Below, piece after piece: positions 24,614 to 26,194 of a stretch of 26,194 nt of DNA. Within the stretch, counting starts at the first letter, position 1. Each line of letters opens with the position of its first letter. This DNA is from a virus (taxonomy: Duplodnaviria; Caudoviricetes). The translations under genes and the position numbers were made by a program. The stretch lies in IMG/VR virus record IMGVR_UViG_3300020384_000007, positions 1 to 26,194 of that record. One strand, 5' to 3'. The notes below the pieces were generated by a model that saw only the letters and a list, made by a program, of their open reading frames with translations, did not search any database and had not been told where the DNA came from.

Positions 24614-26194
24614 CTAAATAAAATCCTCATAGACAACGAGCCGACCTGTCTTCTGGTCGTACAATAATTTATCTACTTCTCCTGTCATACCAGTATGTCT
24701 AGACTTTAGTACCTTTAGCTGTAGTCTTTGCCTTTCGCTTTCATCTCCTGTCTGATTTCTAGAGGCTGAAAGTACAACGTCACTTAGTTGAAGTAGAGAG
24801 TGGCTACCTCTCAAGTCTGAAGTATCAACCTCTCTGCCCGACTCATGTGATTGTCCTTGTGGTCTGCGTAAATGGCTGACCAATACAATAGCTATACCAG
24901 TTGCTTCACTCAAACTTCTAAGCTTGGTCATTATTATATCTATTGCTTTGCGTTCATTATCTAGTTCAAGACCAGACAAGACTATGCTTATGTGATCTAG
25001 TATGACTACCTTTACTCCATCAACAGTAGCTAAATATCTTATCTGTTCTAGTAATACATCAGGCTCAAGACTACCAAAGTGATTGTATAAAAAAAGATTG
25101 CGTGTTGATGTGAGGTTATCAAACGCAATCCGCAGATCATCTTTAGTTATGCCATCTTCATTTAAGTGCAAAGGAATGTTCAAGTCAATACCTACAAGAC
25201 CTTGAAGAGTTCTTTGTACTGATTCTTCTAACCCAATGTATCCAACTTTAAGTTTTCTTTTTAAGAAGTGGTGGCATAGTTCTCTGCATATTGTGGACTT
25301 ACCAGCACCACTAGCACTAGCTACTGTAAAGATCTGACTAGGAAACAAACCTCTCGTGTATTCGTTTAGCTTTGGGTATGGGAAGTCTGATACAGGTTTA
25401 CTTGTTTCTTTGGTAAACAAATCCCAAGCGTCTGCTGCATTTATAAGAGAGTCAGGTCTTACTGGTCTAGCTTTCCATAGTCTATCTTTGACTAACTCAC
25501 TTTCTCCTGATACAAGATGATCGTTTATATCATTACGATCTAGTCTAGCTATAGCTGCCTTACCTCTTGGCAAAACCTCCATACATTTCTCTGCTGCTTT
25601 TTTTCCTGCCTCATCATTGTCAAAGCAGATAACGATACGACAAAAACTATCAAGCCATTTGTAGTTTGCTGCTAGATACTTGGCTGCTGACTGCACTCCT
25701 GATGGTATAGACACACAAGGAAACTTATTACCCTGTATCTGACTAGCACTCATGCAATCTATTTCACCTTCACATACAGTTAAGAAGACAGAACCATTAC
25801 CTCCATGCTGTCTCCATAAATGCTGACCCCATAGCTGTACCTTTGACATATCTCCTATCCATATAAACTTTTTATCTTGAAAGCGTATGTGCTGTGCAAC
25901 ATCATTACCTTTCTGATCTTTATATGTAGCTACCTGTACTGGCTGTCTTCTGTACTCAGACATACCATAACCAAATAGTTCTGAAGTCTCCTTAGTGATT
26001 CCACGTTTAGGTAAAGCTATCGGTGTTACCTTAAGTAACTGTGGGTTTGGTTTGTATATAGGAATGATCTTACTGGTCACTTGCTTTTCTTTTTTGTTTG
26101 GGTAGTAGGTGTAGCCACAGTCCATTGTGAAGCAATGGTGGTGTCCATCATCAAAGACTGCACAGTTTTTTTTACCGCACTCAGGGCAAACTAT
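24614..26194 (-). CDS. gp4: DNA primase/helicase (T7 gp4-like), start beyond the window edge
   Basis: Frame stays open upstream of 26125 and encodes the Zn finger CPEC...CFTMDC; TOPRIM EGEID and FDND; Walker A SGAGKST; ILDHIS; DLRGS. Confidence 0.96.
   Translation of the reverse strand: MVCPECGKKNCAVFDDGHHHCFTMDCGYTYYPNKKEKQVTSKIIPIYKPNPQLLKVTPIALPKRGITKETSELFGYGMSEYRRQPVQVATYKDQKGNDVAQHIRFQDKKFIWIGDMSKVQLWGQHLWRQHGGNGSVFLTVCEGEIDCMSASQIQGNKFPCVSIPSGVQSAAKYLAANYKWLDSFCRIVICFDNDEAGKKAAEKCMEVLPRGKAAIARLDRNDINDHLVSGESELVKDRLWKARPVRPDSLINAADAWDLFTKETSKPVSDFPYPKLNEYTRGLFPSQIFTVASASGAGKSTICRELCHHFLKRKLKVGYIGLEESVQRTLQGLVGIDLNIPLHLNEDGITKDDLRIAFDNLTSTRNLFLYNHFGSLEPDVLLEQIRYLATVDGVKVVILDHISIVLSGLELDNERKAIDIIMTKLRSLSEATGIAIVLVSHLRRPQGQSHESGREVDTSDLRGSHSLLQLSDVVLSASRNQTGDESERQRLQLKVLKSRHTGMTGEVDKLLYDQKTGRLVVYEDFI

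Noticed and set aside
26123-26125. ATG 26125 as the primase start
   Set aside because: It falls inside the Zn-finger motif, and the frame is open to the window edge.

Overview
About 26 kb of a low-GC (roughly 35% by eye) T7-like marine podovirus genome, most consistent with a cyanopodovirus. Almost all genes are on the minus strand. Reading right to left: primase/helicase (truncated by the window edge), 5'-3' exonuclease, three small ORFs, portal, scaffold, a cluster of tiny Lys-rich ORFs, major capsid, tail tubular A/B, internal virion proteins gp13-gp16, tail fibre, three paralogous fibre-tip-like proteins with a putative chaperone, and a cupredoxin/tail-collar fibre protein. Unusual points: (1) no DNA polymerase or ribonucleotide reductase next to primase/exonuclease, and no psbA/hli in the scaffold-capsid slot; (2) a candidate ~71-nt plus-strand sRNA with two GUGGUU-loop hairpins and its own extended -10 promoter; (3) an oppositely oriented three-gene envelope-protein cassette with its own promoter and a hairpin between convergent stop codons; (4) host sigma70-type promoters in intergenic gaps; (5) short motifs shared between virion proteins. 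All calls come from motif recognition and synteny by eye; no searches were run.
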